The notes under the pieces were generated by a model that saw nothing but the letters and a program-made list of their open reading frames with translations, ran no database searches and was not told the DNA's origin. This document shows positions 11,546 to 25,166 of a stretch of 64,000 bases of DNA, piece by piece; position 1 is the stretch's first letter; every line of letters begins with the position of its first letter. A program made the position numbers and the translations under genes. The DNA lies in contig NC_043000.1 in assembly GCF_006345805.1 (NCBI RefSeq), forward strand, positions 135,222,001 through 135,286,000, in the 5' to 3' direction. This DNA is from Octopus sinensis (lineage: Eukaryota).

Positions 11546-14500
11546 TATATATATATATACACACATACACAAGGAAGGAATTCCGTATATAGAACAACCA
11601 TGTAGTGCTCAGAATATGAACTATATGAATAATATAGGCATCGATAGAAGACACAAATTTCAGGTGATCGATAAACAGTTTTCCTTCATAACATCGGAGT
11701 ACTTAAGGCAAATCTCATAAAACCGTAAAAAACATAAATGCATGTACAAAATTATATAAAAATACACAAATGCATAAAATATACATATAAACACATATGA
11801 ATAATATAACGAAAATATAAAATGGTATGCGAGTGCACATAGGGGAAATTGTGATAAACATACGTTTATGTCATTTGTTCCATGCATAAGTTTTGCCACT
11901 GTGGTTGTTTGGAACTTCTGCATCGGAATTTCCCAATTGCATTTGGATGCTTAACTAAAACGGATCATCCGGGGAACACTCGGCTGCATTATTTTATTGA
12001 GAGATATGTGAATATGTACGAGTGCGACCAGTTTTCTGTATATGTATGAGTCTACGTAACACAAATATGCACACATATGCGTAAATATGTGTAATTGTCG
12101 GTTCATGTAAATGTGTGCGTATAAAGTGAATGACAACATTTGTAAATATGTGTGTGTGTGTATTAGTCGAATTGTGCTTATTTTATTGTTTTGAACCATT
12201 GGACTGCAATCAATTCTTTAAGTCTGTAGAATTTTTCCTTGCATAAATAAATGCAACCGATACACTATATTAAGAATTTGATTGCTATTTCTAGGAACTT
12301 AGAAGAGACTTCTTTCATTGGCTTGTCAGTAGCATTGTCAGATTGTGCACCGGTTGCATCATTTTATACAAAGAGAAGTTTTACCGATATTATTGACTTA
12401 AAAAATTGATTGCAGAGCCTAGTTTGACTGCAGTCCAATGACTGAAAACAATAAAAGAAGAAATAAGATATATATGATGTATATGTTTATAATTTGATAT
12501 GAGGTTATTGTCGATTGGACCAACCTACAATATTTGATATGTAGACTGACAAAATCGCAATTGCATTCGTATATTAATGAATATTTAGATATGGTGTCAT
12601 AAAAAATTAGAAACTTCGAGGATGTGAAAGACTTCATTTTTTTTTTTCTTTTCTTAGAACAGTGAATCTCGACGCAGATAAAGCTATAAATAATAATGTG
12701 TAAATTTTGAGTTAAAAAAGTCGAAGGGTACTCAAGGGACACGAGCCTACATCTAGTCTATATAGATGACAGGCAGCCCTCGAGATTTTGCATTCGAAGT
12801 GTTGTGTATTTTTTTAATAGCTTCATCTGCTTCGAGATTCACCGTTCCAAAAATGTTTCTTTATTTTTTGGCTTATACACTGAAGAGGGAGAGAAAGGAA
12901 ATGCAGCGCTAAAACGATTTCCAAAGATCATTAGTAACATACGCTAAGGTGAATGACCTCTCCTTAACCGAAATATGGAACGCAGCTCAGCAGGTTCTTG
13001 TTTGTCTGTTGTTAGCATATTGCTCTGTCGTACTCGAGATATTTTATCCAGAAAATAATTAGTTTTCTTTTGTAGTGTTACCCAATTAATTAATCAGAAG
13101 AAAGTAAATGAAACACTTCGTACATTTTTCTCAATTATCTTTTTGTAAGACATACTATTCACTTTCATTTAAAACTAATGTGCGCGCGCAGGCACTTTGG
13201 AATTTCTACACGCACGATTTTATATGAAATTGAAAATTGGTGATGACCGGTGGAAGTATGTAAACAGAGAAATGTCAATTCGATATTACGTGCCATAACT
13301 TTCTTTTTGTTTTAGTGTTTCGCCACACTTATACATTTCTCTATGTATGTGATTGTGTATGTGTGTAAGAAAGAGAAACTGGGAGAAAGAGGAATCCTTT
13401 ACCCTATCTTATGTATATATTTCACTAAATCCACGCTGGTGGTAATGAAAATATTTCTTTTCAGTCAATGATATAATATTTTTTTCTCAAGGACATTTGT
13501 GATCCAACATAACCCCTCACCACCATACACCATGGCACATCAAACTGCTTCCACCACCACCATTCGCACTTTTACCAGTGACAATAATGTATATCTATCA
13601 AGAAACCGAAATCTATGTGGGAGCTAGTCAAGCACAAAATGTAGCTCTAATTTCATCAGCAACAGAAGGAACTCAAGCTGTTCACTTTATACAACTGTTA
13701 CTACTAACTAGTGTGGTATGTTTTGTTTTTACATCGGCGTGAAATTTTAGATATGCAGTGGGGGAGGAAAGAACAGGGTGAGCCGTTTATTAGTGATGTA
13801 AGTGAAGCGATTCCAAGTTAGAATTGAAACTGGACCTGTAAGACGGAAAATCAATTTGCCGAACCGAAACTCTCCCGTTTCCAACTATAAAAATAGTTTC
13901 GTTTAACTTAGGTAACTAGACCATTTCTAAAAGGTGGGGATGATAATCAATTGCTAGTTTTCACAGAATAAACAAACAAATAAATAAATAAATAAACATT
14001 GCAAATATTTACTCTGGAGCGTTACCATTTCTGCCAACCCAACAACTCGTCTTTTTCCATAACTGAGATCTGAAACATAAGCGCAACGACACATTTGAAG
14101 GGTAGAGTATATAGCAGGTTATATCGTTTAAATATTTAATCGACTCCAGAAGGATAAAATACATAGTTAGACCCATAAGAAATTGAATCCTGAAATACCA
14201 AAAGATTTTTTTTTTTCAGCGCTCTATCGAATTTGCCAATCCAGCAATTTCAGAAAATATTTCTTCTCGATTCGAAGAATATCTGCAACAAGAATGATCA
14301 TAAATGCCAAAAGTGTTTGTAACTTGGTTGCCGTGAATCTTACTAACACCTACGAACCGTCTTAGGTTTAAAACTGATTGCGATTCGACTAGAGAAGATT
14401 GCTATTTTATAGATGCAATTGGAAGTTGTCATTCCTTGTACTTTCATCATTTACTCATAACTAACATTTTACACCCACTTGGAAATAATGATGTAAAAGT

Positions 14501-14712
14501 ATGTTTGATTTATATTATTGTCTTAAATTTTGGGAAACAACAAATGCTGTAAAGGACAGAATCACAATTGATTAACAAACCCTCATTACTCTATATCTTA
14601 TAATATAATAAAATAATATGTACCGAGCATTGATAATCCGGAGATAGGTTTGTGTCAGCATTTAGCAACTATATATTTTATCTTTTGTCTTCTATCTGTT
14701 AGTGATTTAAAC

Positions 14713-14895
14713 CAGTGCTCCGCAACCGGCATGCTGTGGCACACTGATGTACTACGAGACGATGCTAGGTGTGCCGCAGTGTAACATGAATATAATTTTC
14801 CCCCTATACTTTGTTATATTTTTAGTTCGGTTGTGCCACCGAATTTTGAAAAGAATATAAGAGTACCGTAAGTGAAAAAAGGTAACGGAGCACTG
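14713..14895. mobile_element. hAT-type MITE (183 bp)
   Basis: TIRs CAGTGCTCCGCAACC / GGTAACGGAGCACTG; perfect 8-bp TSD ATTTAAAC (14705-14712, 14896-14903). Confidence 0.9.
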
Positions 14896-15000
14896 ATTTA
14901 AACTGCAGTCATGCTAGGACATCGCCTTCAAGAATGTTAATCCAACGAACCGACCCCAGCTAAGTTATGGAGTGTAAACACACCAATACCGGTTGTCAGG

Positions 15001-15517
15001 GGTGGGAAAAAATCTTTTGGGTAAGGGGCGACGCCATCGTTTTTTTGCATGCGTGAAAATTTTCACGCTTTTAGGCCGCGCAAGATCCCCAGTGTTGTGC
15101 CTAGAGTACAGACTTGTAGTGTGCGCTCGTCGGATTTTCGTTTTCACGCAAGATGTCCGAACGCAGTAATGATGGCCTTCAAGAAATCTGGATTGTGGTT
15201 TGTACAGTCCAGCATGTCCTGAGCGATTTCCATGCAGAGGTCTGAAGCGGTTGTACCACTCCTCGAACTGCCCATTGCACCATCCTCAAAGACCCGCTGA
15301 TGGTTTGAGCTGAAGTACATGAAGTTTTCGGCAAAACATGATGATATATCTCTGCTCGGTGCATTCGGTGAAACAAAATTCTAACGAGCGCGCATTACAT
15401 TTCTGCACTTGCGGCATAACAAACAGCAGGGGATTGACTGGTTCTACCAGCGCGAAAATTTTCAGGCATGAGCAGAAAGGGTGCCGTCACCTCCCATCCA
15501 AAGGATTTTGTCCACGA
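15001..15517 (-). mobile_element. Internally deleted mariner remnant
   Basis: Diverged ~70-bp TIRs (15001-15069 / 15449-15517); frameshifted peptide pieces TEQRYIIMFCRKL, QRVFEDGAMG, EEWYNRFR resemble a mariner N-terminal HTH. Confidence 0.7.
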
Positions 15518-15878
15518 GACATTAGTTTTGGCGGGAAAAACAAAGTCGGATACTTTTTTTAACGCATCTCGTATGTGGGACAGGGATAATTCAAATACTC
15601 TGTTCTGGAGACAAAGTTCTGAAAGCAAAGTAATGAAAATACGCAAGACTATATAAAGCAGTCTGTAAATATTCAGTATTGGTGCCGAGTTCCATTGATA
15701 GAGGCTGTTTCTTAGAAATTACAAAGTAATAGAAGACCAAGGGGAAAATGTTTATCCTTGTATTTTCCACAAGTTATCACACCGATTAGAAATTACTCAT
15801 ATAAAAATCAGTTTATCGCTCAAGTCATTTCATATGAAAGTAATTAGCTGAAAAGAACAAATAGAACTGTAATATACC

Positions 15879-16106
15879 TATTTCTTTACTACCCACAAGG
15901 GGCTAAACACAGAGAAGACAAACAAGGACAGACAAACGGATTAAGTCGATTACATCGACCCCAGTGCGTAACTGGTACTTAATTTATCGACCCCGAAAGG
16001 ATGAAAGGCAAAGTCGACCTCGGCGGAATTTGAACTCAGAACGTAAAGACAGACGAAATACCGTTATGCATTTCGCCCGGCGTGCTAACGTTTCTGCCAG
16101 CTCGCC
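15879..16106 (-). mobile_element. SINE family B, full length, with TSD
   Basis: GGCGAGCTGGCAGAAACGTTAGC head; TSD CAAATAGAACTGTAATATACC at 15858-15878 and 16110-16130. Confidence 0.92.
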
Positions 16107-16688
16107 TTTCAAATAGAACTGTAATATACCGTGAGTTTTTAGCCAACGTCATACCCAGTGGACTACCCGATTCATAAATAATTTTAGTTAAAAATTTCTG
16201 TACTGTTCCCTCTACCACCGAAACAAGTTGATGATTCTGCCAAACGCAGTTATAATTTTACTGCAATGAGGAGCCAGCACTGTCGTGTCGAGACCATTCG
16301 CTAGTAAAGGAGACGAGATATTTCAGAGCAAAGATTAGTACTCTTAAAACACACACACATGCACGTTCAAACTTTCTATTTCTGTTCAGCAACCTATCCT
16401 TTCATAAACAATTTACTTAAGAGTATTTATGTACAAATATATCATCAAACATTTGACGTATGTGTAGATATGTGTGTGTATCATGTAACTCTCTCTCTTT
16501 CACTCTCTCTGTAAACACACACACACACACATATATGTATTATGTATGTATATATATATATATAAACATCGACTGATTTACCTGTAGTCAATTAGAAAAC
16601 TTTTTAAAAAATACCCTCATCATTTTGGGACTTGGTTTAACAAATATATATTTTTTTTTAAATTCCATTTAATAGTGTGTGTGTGTGT

Positions 16689-16728
<40 letters not shown>

Positions 16729-17451
16729 TGTGTGTGTGTATGTGTGTGTGCGTGCGTGCGTGAACTTCGAGAAAACCCGGAAGGAAGACAAAAATTCTTT
16801 CTCTTTGAAAAAAGTTTAGCTATATATGTTCTGCATTGAATTACACAGAGATCCCTCATCACTTTCACTATCAGAAATACCAGTGAACCAGTTATTGGTT
16901 CGTTGGAAACATACAGTCAACGACGCTATAGTTAAACAATTGCGATACATACACGTGCGCGCGTGTGTGTATAATACACACACACACACATGAACCCCCA
17001 ATAATTCCCTTATTATATGACTGTATCATTTACTTCTTACGCTAACGCTAAGATCTCCCATTTATGAAATGTGTGCGAGTGGTGGATGGATAAGATCGTA
17101 TGTCAGCACGTGACGTTAATTCTAAATTATTTTGTTGAAGAGTCAGCTATAAACAATTATCTGGTTATATTACAAATAGCGGTGTATCTCTGTATCTTTC
17201 TATGCCTGCCCGCCTGCCTTACTGCCTGTCTGTCTCCACATCTCCTCTCCCTTCCTTTCTCTTTCTCTCAGCATCTCATTGTGTACAATTACATTCATTT
17301 CATGTTTACCGCAAACAAATTATATTTGTGAAAATAACGCGAGAGGGGAGTTGGAGTTTTCCTTAATAACTCTTGTAGAAATTCGTCAACACGCACACGT
17401 GTGTTGAATCTTTTTATGAATTTTCTGATGGGTGTACACATACACACGTGT

Positions 17452-17869
17452 GGGATCTTTTCGGTTTGAACGGCAGCTTTTGACATAATTTCTAGGTAAC
17501 TAAAAAATTTTAAACTTCGTATACCGGTAGAATGTGTTTATAAAACATCTTTTTCTCTTGGCTTTATTGAGAAAATATCTATAGTTTGTAAGATATTTGT
17601 TGTTTTTTTCTTCAATTTTGTTGTTTTTCTTCTTCAATTTCTGCAATTTCAACCAATCACTGACGTCCATTGAGGTAAATAACATTCTGTGCCGTATGAA
17701 TATGTCCCTCGTTTAAGAAACAGATTGGGTTTATTTACATTTGTGAAGAAAAAAAATATACCCTTCCCCCAACCCTAACCCTAAAATAGATTGAAATGCA
17801 ATAAATCGATACTAGGGTCATAATTATGGGTGACAATTTCATATATGCCGTTCAAACCGAAAAGATCCC
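17452..17869. mobile_element. MITE with GGGATC termini, superfamily unassigned
   Basis: Perfect 24-bp TIR GGGATCTTTTCGGTTTGAACGGCA; flanking direct repeat ACGTGT (17446-17451, 17870-17875); internal AACCCTAACCCTAA at 17771-17784. Confidence 0.85.
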
Positions 17870-18307
17870 ACGTGTGGGAAAATTCGTAAATTGTTTTTTG
17901 TTTATCTTAATGCTTCTGGAGCAGTTGACAATCGAATTGCACAGCGCATGACTAGATACACTGATGTGTCTTAAAATTCGAACAAAATAATAATTTCTTG
18001 TATATAAAGAAGAGATCAATCCTGACATTTCGAAGCTAACACAAATGAAGGGAATTTTTTTAGCTAATTCTCAACCACCGACATTTAGAGTAAATTAAAG
18101 TTATATAATGAGGGTCAGCAATCCATGAAATGTTTGCCAATATTTATTAATCATAACGATTACTTCTAGAAAATTTTGTTTATAGTGTGTCACTTTCAGC
18201 TGATATCAGTTTGTTTGGTGGCAATGGAAGACATTTTTAAATTCTATTTTTGAAGCTGTATTATAGCTTGTTTGCAAATAGTCCTCTTCTACGTTGCTGC
18301 TGTGGTT

Positions 18308-18383
18308 CCAAGATGCCACGCAGTGGGACTGAACCCGGAACCATGTGGTTGGTAAGCAAGCTACTTACCACACAGCCACTCCT
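18308..18383 (-). mobile_element. Head-only fragment of SINE family A
   Basis: Near-exact reverse complement of the family A tRNA-like head. Confidence 0.85.
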
Positions 18384-21318
18384 AGTGACTAAGATCAAAT
18401 AGTTTGCGATTTTTTGGTTGATGGTCTCATTAATCACATTTGTATTAATAAGATGGGGGGGGGATATTTGTCTTCGTTTTTTAGTGAGTGGAGGCACCAC
18501 TAGAATGTAAAATAATAAAAATTTTCTTTGAGTTAAGATACGAGAAAAACGAAAATAATTTACTGTTTAGACAATTCGTACGAGAGCTTTCTTTAAAGTT
18601 TCGGAAACACTTTTTCTTTGCGTCTTTGCGTATACGTCCAAATACTCAATATCCTTTGCCCATAGCCTCTTCTATACTTTCTTTGGAAATACTTCGTTTC
18701 ATCCATTTCCATGTTCACCTGTACCTCAATTACACTAAATTCAATAAGAATGCACAACTCTGGTTAGCAGATACAAATCTGCAAATGGTTTGGTTTTTAA
18801 ACAGTTTCCACAAAATTAGTATCAGAAATCCTAAAAATAAAGTCACATCAAGCAACAACCTCTATAATAGTAAGCAACTTTAAAAAGAAAAAGGAAAGAA
18901 AACGTTTAAACAGCTTTGACATTGCCAACGAAATTCAATTTGCAACCACCCTGACGTATTTGTAAGATATTTCATTTTTTAACAACCCTTTCCCCGTTAA
19001 CTACACCTGTGTGTGCGAAATATCGAAGATCCCTTCACAAACTATATTGTAGGTTAATGCTTCACTATTCAATATGTATATCAACTCAGTAGATTTGATA
19101 CTTATAAGAAACATATGCAATAATGACAAATTCCAGTCATTAAAGGTACTATTTCTCAGTACTAGTTGTCTTAGTTAAAATGAAAGTGAAACTGGAAAGT
19201 TTCTAGGTCAGATATAAACGACTTTTTGTATGCTACTATATACAGCAATATCTCCCAGATACATATTCCATCTTAATAACTAAACGTCAATATTGTTATT
19301 TTGTAATACTAAAACAATATCATGTAGTCACAACCTCCTATCTTGAATAACAACAGCAACAAAACCTTAAAATATCCCATATGATATGTCTGCAGCACAA
19401 CGTCAATAAAATATTTCACAACTCGAGGAATAAACTGATAACAGCTGAAGTGTGAAAAAATGAAACCGGTGCGTTATAATCAAAGACTGCCCTCCTCTAC
19501 CACTATACACCACATGATTCGCTGGACTCGTGGAAATTCCAAGTTTTATAACTGCTTTCATTTCTATTATGATATTATAAATGTTAAGATTTTAATATTG
19601 TTTCATTATGTTAAATATATCGATTATGTCTTCGATTTCTTTCCCTGGATAATGTTGTTAACAGCGTAATCTATTGATATGAAAGACGGTATAGAATGTT
19701 AATTACTTATGTTTCCGGCTCTTTGGAAGTATAAAGGTAAAATCGACTTTGGCAGGATCTGAACAAGAAGACATGTAACTGCTCAGTACCGAGTATTTGG
19801 TCCTGCTCGCTACCGACTTTACCAGCTCTTTAAACTTATAGATGTATACGATAGTGACGAATGTCCACGCGTTTGGGAAAAGGGTGCATTCAATTATATC
19901 GATCTCCGATTCAACTGGTATTTAATTAGACAATCCCGAAAGGATGAAAAGAAAATCGAAACTACCTCCCCCCACACACACATTCTCTAGCTCGTATACG
20001 TTCTCTTTCACAACACTTTCTTTTACTCTACTTTTCCCTTCTCTCTTTAACTCTCTCCTATCTCTTTCACTTTCACTCTCTCGCGTGCTTTCATTATCTC
20101 CATCTTGCTTTCGTGTCCTCTGAATTTTCTCTGACTTCACCGTCCATTTTCTCACTCTCTCCCTCCCACACGTATGTTAATAGAACTACTTGTTTGATAC
20201 AAGTGTACATCTTGTATGTGTACATATTTACATGGAAGGAAATTACGTGTTTGTAATTTCTAAGAAACAACCTCTATTATTGGAACTCGGCACCAATACT
20301 GAATATTTACAGACTGTTTTATAAAGTCTTGCATATTTTCATTACATTGCTTTCAGAACTCATGAAAGAGAGTCACTTGTCCTAAAAAGTCAGCTTTTCG
20401 AGATTTTTACATTTTCGTTAATTTTTTAATTAACCGTTTAGTAAATACATAACCTTTTTCACAACTACCTGAGGCCTGTTTCGTTTAAATTTGAGTGAAG
20501 TTATGATGGAAATATCCCATCAGTGGTATTATATATAGTGGTATTGTATATTGTCGTAGCCCATTGGAAGGCAGTAGGTCAATGTCACTTCGATGAAGAT
20601 GCTGATCTCGTGTGTTATACCCTCTATAGATATGGACATAAACGATATTTTCGATGCAAACCCCTAACCATCGAAACGTGAAGTGATGTAGGGGTCATAA
20701 GTTTAAAATAAAGCTACATTTTAAACTTTATTCTCAAGTTTCCATAAGCATGCATAACCTTCTTGGTTAACGTTGTGTTCCTTCACTAGATCTTGGTTGA
20801 GATACGTTTAGGAACTGTAACGTAGCGGTTCAGCAAAAGAAACGATAGAACAAGTATCAAACTTTAAAAACAACAAGTACTAGATTCGATTTGCTCAGGT
20901 GGTGATCTAGCATGACCACAGTCCAATGATTGAATCAAATAAACGATATAGATAATCAGATAATCAGCATTTATTTATGCACAATACAGAGTAAAACAGA
21001 AGAATTTAAATTTCACGATGCTTCACTGTGGGAAGTCTCCTGACGGACCATTTCAGGTTTGTTGAGCACTCCTCAGAGTTGATGTACCTAAATCATATAT
21101 CTTTTGAATTGGTAAAATTAAGCAATCCTTATTTTTCTTACTACAGATTTACCCACAAAAGCTGCTACTACATTCACAGCTCGCTCCTGATATTCAAAAA
21201 TGATCACCCACTCCTGTTCTGCGTCGTTGATTGACCTTCTAGAACAACAAACTGAATTCCCTCATCCTAAAAATCATACTGAGACACGTTTAAAAAGGAC
21301 ACACTCGTCAGTCTAGGT

Positions 21319-21672
21319 CAGTGATTGTCAACGAGGATCCATATAGCACTTGATGGTCCGTCCATATAAGATTGGGGGGGGGGGGAGTCCACGCAACAAA
21401 GCAGTAAATAGTCCACAACAGTATTTTAAGGGCTCCTGAAAAATTTTGCTTTGGATGTATATAATGACATGTATTGCAAAAAACAGCCAGGTTTCTCTCT
21501 CTAATGTTTTACATAGTTCAACCTACACGAGTTAATGTGTGAAAAACATAGTAGGGATCTTGAAAGAAGTTTCTATAAACTAGTTTTTAAACATCGGATA
21601 GCAATGAGGATTCACCAGAATAAAAGAGTATTCAAAAGGATCCATAGATAGAAAAATGACTGAGAATCCTTA
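21319..21672. mobile_element. Diverged hAT-type MITE
   Basis: CAGTGATTGTCAAC...GACTGAGAATCCTTA (YA..TR ends); TSD-like GTCTAGGT (21311-21318) / GTCTACGT (21673-21680). Confidence 0.65.
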
Positions 21673-22210
21673 GTCTACGTCTTATACAAATATGACATAT
21701 TTTTACCTTTTCGTTAATTTTTAATTAACCGTTTATGTAATACATAACCTTTCTTACAACTACCTGAGGCCTGTTTCGTTTGCATTTTATTGAAGTTATG
21801 ATGAAAATATCCCATTCAGTGGTAAATATGACTGAGAATCCCTAGTCTAGGTCTTATACAGATATGACAAGAGGATCATGGCTAAAATGCCTTCGGTCAT
21901 CGGTCAACTCAACCAGGACTAAACATCTGTTGAATTTAAAAAATTGCAGTCGTTGACGTAAATTTAAATACATCTCTTCCATGCACTTGTAAAACAAACT
22001 ACTCACAACTGCTGCTAAACTGGAATTAGTCCTTTTAATGAAAACACATGCACACATTCATTCAATAATATTGCTTTCATTCTAAGCTCTCCCCTTTCCA
22101 TGCCTAGTTTTCAAATATTTAAGAGTTGTGTCCCTTACACAAGCTGTCAGATTATATTGATAGAGCCCATTGTCAAAAATTCCGGTAGTAGCTAGATATA
22201 TATGTACGTT

Positions 22211-22440
22211 GGTGGAGCTGGCAGAAACGTTAGCACGTCGGACGAAATGCTTAACGGTATTTCGTCTGCCGTTACGTTCTGAGTTCAAATTCCGCCAAGG
22301 TCGACTTTACCTTTCATCCTTTCGGGGTCGATTAAATAAGTACCAGTTACGCACTGGGGTCGATATAATCGACTTAATCCCTTTGTCTGTCCTTGTTTGT
22401 CCACTCTGTGTCTAGCCCCCTGTGGGCAGTAAAGAAATAG
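22211..22440 (+). mobile_element. SINE family B
   Basis: GAGCTGGCAGAAACGTTAGC...AAAGAAATAG. Confidence 0.9.
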
Positions 22441-22778
22441 ATATTCAGTGATTTGGTTAAATGCCAAATTCAAATACCGCTCTAAACACGACACGACAAA
22501 AAGAGACAGGAAACATTATAGACAAACTTTGTAAGGTTTAAAGAGTATATACGCTGATGGGAATAGGATTTAGGATGCTAAAGTGAAACCAAGGTTACGA
22601 AGGAGGGGGGTGTCTGGACGCTATTAAGTTCTCCCTACAACCCACATGAACTAAAGTATAGAACACTCACCCCATTTCCATTACTGGGTGTATTGTTTAA
22701 AAGTAAGACTATTAAAGCAAACAAGATGCCTTAAGTTCACGATCACAGGGATGTATTGCGTTACGCTGTCAATAATTG

Positions 22779-23010
22779 TTTCTTTATTGCCCACAAGGGG
22801 CTAAACATAGATGGGGACAAACAAGGACAGACAAAAGGGATTAAGTCGATTACATCGACCCCAGTGCGTAATTGATACTTAATTTATCGACCCCGAAAGG
22901 ATGAAAGGCAAAATCGACCTCGGCGGAATTTGAACTCAGAACGTAGAGGCAGACGAAATACGGCTACGCGTTTCGCCCGGCGTGCTAACGATTCTGCCAG
23001 CTCGTCGCCT
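22779..23010 (-). mobile_element. SINE family B with 17-bp TSD
   Basis: TSD GTTACGCTGTCAATAAT at 22760-22776 and 23013-23029. Confidence 0.92.
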
Positions 23011-23095
23011 TTGTTACGCTGTCAATAATGTCACAGTGACTGGACACTCATAACGCACGCATGCCGCGTGCGAACGTGTGTGTGTGTGTGTGTAA

Positions 23096-23311
23096 GGCGA
23101 GCTGACAGAGTCGTTAGCACGCTGGACGAAATGCTTAGCGGTGTTTCGCCCGTCGCTACATTCTGGGTTCAAATTCTGCTGACGTCGACTTTGGCTTTTC
23201 ATCCATTTGGAGCTGATAAAATTAAGTACCAGTGAAACACTAGGGTCGATGTAATCGACTAGAGCCCACCCTACCCCCAAGATTTCAGACATTGTGTCTA
23301 TAGTAGAAAAG

Positions 23312-23358
<47 letters not shown>

Positions 23359-23806
23359 GGCAGTGAGCTGACAGAATCGTTAGCACACCGGGTAAAATGC
23401 TTAGCAGCTTTTCGTCCGTCTTTACGTTCTGAGTTCAGAAGATGACTCTGCCTTTCGTCCTTTTGGAGTCGATAAATTAAGTACCAGTCAATGTAATCGA
23501 CTAGTCCCCCCCCCCCCACCAAATTTCAGGCCTTGTAACCTACAGTAGGAAAGATTAGTATTATTGTGTGTGAAGGCGGCGAGCTGGCAGAAACGTTAGC
23601 ACGCCGGGCGAACTGTTCGCGGTATTTTGTCTGCCGTACGTTCTGAGTTCAAATTCCGCCGAGGTCGACTTTGCCTTTCATCCTTTCGGGGTCGATAAAT
23701 TAAGTACCAGTTACGCACTGGGGGTCGATGTAATCGACTTAATCCGTTTGTCTGTCCTTGTTTGTCCCCTCTGTGTTAAGCCCCTTGTGGGTAGTGGAGA
23801 AATAAG
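23096..23806 (+). mobile_element. Three head-to-tail SINE family B copies (about 23096-23356, 23359-23565, 23575-23806)
   Basis: Three GAGCTG(A/G)CAGA heads; the first two copies are diverged variants with ATT-type tails. Confidence 0.85.
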
Positions 23807-24578
23807 TATTATTGCGTGTGTAATTATGCGCTTTGTAGTTTTGCTGATCGTAACAATTTACTACTACAGATGTCCAAATCTGTAACTGACACAAAGCCAC
23901 ATGTTTTCGAGCTGGTTTCAATTTCAGGTTGAAACAAAAATTCAATTAACACCTACCGTGCGTTTTTTTTTCTTTTTTAATTTTTTTTTTTTAATCAATC
24001 AGGATGCAATTGTAAAGAAATTATAAGGATATTTACACTTTGGGGGGAAGATTTACTAAATTATTTACTTTGCTGCCGAAATTAGCAAAATGTTTGAGAA
24101 GCAAATAAACAGAAAAAAGAGGCGCTGTTAGGATGTGCTGTTTTTTTATTTTCGCTACCTACATTCTCCTGCTGAAAAATTTGTGTTGTTCTCGTTCCCC
24201 ACCCCTCGTTGCACGACTACTGTTGCACTTATTTTTTCATCTCTCTCCCTCGTGCTCCCCCATTCTTTTGGCAGCTGTTGATTTTACATTAATTGACAGT
24301 TCATAATACAGATCACCTCCTCTCATCATTTGGATAATCATTAAAAAAAAAAAAAAAGTCAGTCATTGAGTTTTGATTTAAAATTATACACCTACTGGAT
24401 TTGACTATAATCTGTGTATCTCGATAATGGTAATTTGTAAAATTACCGCTGATATTTAGAATTGAATTAATGAAAAATTCTTTTTCTTTCTCTCCTTTTT
24501 ATGGGAGGGCGTTTATACTAAGTTACGTAAAGCAGTAACATCTGTCACCATACATTCCTGTATCCAATCATTCCTTAT

Positions 24579-25007
24579 CTCTTTTACTCTTTTACTTGTT
24601 TCAGTCATTTGACTGCGGCCATGCTGGAGCACCGCCTTTAGTCGAGCAAATCGACCCCGGGACTTATTGTTTGTAAGCCCAGTACTTATTCTATCGGTCT
24701 CTTTTGCCGAACCGCTAAGTGACGGGGACGTAAACACACCAGCATCGGTTGTCAAGCAATGCCAGGGGGACAAACACAGACACACACACACACACACACA
24801 CATACATACATACATACATACATACATACATACATACACACACACGACGGGCTTCTTTCAGTTTCTGTCTACCAAATCCACTCACAAGGCATTGGTCGGC
24901 CCGGGGCTATAGCAGAAGACACTTGCCCAACATGCCACGCAGTGGGATTGAACCCGGAACCATGTGGTTGGTTAGCAAGCTACTTACCACACAGCCACTC
25001 CTGCGCC
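24579..25007 (-). mobile_element. SINE family A, full length
   Basis: Complete reverse-complement copy ending ...CACAGCCACTCCTGCGCC. Confidence 0.92.
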
Positions 25008-25166
25008 TATCTAATTACATTTTTTTATCAGTCGATTTATTTATCTATCTAGCTACTTATTTATTTATGATGTAGTGAATATTTATTTGTTCAGTTCATA
25101 ATATCTATGGTTCTGCTGCTCACATAGTCTTCAAATTGGTATATATATATATATAGTGTTTTGTTT

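Noticed and set aside
13492-13715. Splice-site-bounded CAC-rich segment considered as Mox exon 1 (poly-His-like)
   Set aside because: All three frames contain stops between the AG and the GT; no Mox similarity
18488-18883. 131-aa ORF
   Set aside because: GTG start, AT-rich composition, no recognisable domain or splice support
21030-21080. Minus-strand CUGAGGA...AAAC...GUC
   Set aside because: G12 is missing and stem I does not pair
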